Shown here piece by piece: positions 49,951-50,784 of a DNA stretch of 50,784 nt. A program made the position numbers and the translations under genes. Each line of letters opens with the position of its first letter. Position 1 is the stretch's first letter. The notes under the pieces are model-generated. The model searched no databases and was not told the origin of the DNA. It worked only from the letters and a program-made list of their open reading frames with translations. Source of the stretch: Octopus bimaculoides (Eukaryota); assembly GCF_001194135.2 (NCBI RefSeq), contig NC_068983.1, positions 150,295,351 to 150,346,134 on the forward strand, read 5' to 3'.

Positions 49951-50679
49951 CACTTATCACTTAATGACTGTTTTCTCCTTATGGCTTTTGTAATCTAACT
50001 CCACAATATAGATAAACCTACCTTTCCTCCTGTGTGTGTGTGTGTGTGAAAGGTTGGTGGTGATGGGCTTCTTTGCTTTCTCATTGCAAAGTTGACAATA
50101 TATATCTTTTCTTCAATGACCAGTCTTTTTTTTTTGTTTTCACCTTATTCTTTTTGTTGCTATCATCATTATCCTCATTGTCCTCCTCTTCCTTCACATG
50201 TACTTTTCTTCCTCCTTGATTTCTTCTTCTGTACTTCTTTTTCTTTCTAGTTTAGTTGTTTTTTTCTTTCCCCTCCCCCTTCCACCTGCACCTTCTCTTT
50301 CCTCATCTTGTGTTCTTTACTCCTCTTCCTTCAGCAACAATATCACCACACCCCCACCATCATCACCCTATCAACCAGAACACTTGTACTTTCTCTATTC
50401 AGCTGTTAAACTTCTTTTGCTCCAGTAATAAAGATTTGTTCATTTATTGTTCTTAAAGGCAATGAGTATTCCACATTAGTAAGCAACAACAAAGAAAAGT
50501 TAACCCATATTAGTACTTACTCATGAAAACCACATGCATGGTATGATTACCCAGCTGTAAATAAAACAACAAAGCAGTGTTATTTAGTCATTTATACCCA
50601 GAAGAGCACATCTAAAATCATCCAACATTGAAACATGCCAACAAGGAAGTTACATGTATAAATCAAAACCAATTCAATT

Positions 50680-50746
<67 letters not shown>

Positions 50747-50784
50747 TTAGAGAAAAGAACCAAGATTCATGAACTCATATATAT

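Overview
AT-rich, microsatellite-dense animal genomic DNA with seven N-gaps. The repeat families (tRNA-head SINEs with internal microsatellites, RTE tails ending in (GAT)n, Meta-domain-like SINEs) resemble those I recall from octopus/coleoid cephalopods; this assignment is an inference. I found no host protein-coding exon I can support, no true tRNA/rRNA gene and no CRISPR array. The window is almost entirely decayed and nested transposable elements: RTE LINEs (several with a PHD-like Cys/His finger after the RT core; one with an apparent 5' inversion), a same-strand cluster of three R4/Dong-like RLE retrotransposon remnants, CR1/L2-like fragments, Gypsy remnants, a candidate solo LTR, mariner, Tc1-like and hAT remnants, and MITE/foldback elements carrying (TTAGGG)n. 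The standout is a Penelope-like element at 20068-21129, bounded by an 11-bp TSD. It has an inverted 5' copy of its 3' end, a GIY-YIG ORF, and then a tRNA-like Pol III promoter cassette, an (AAT)n run and a minimal type I hammerhead ribozyme motif. Boundaries of decayed elements are approximate, and all translations outside the ORF track were done by eye.
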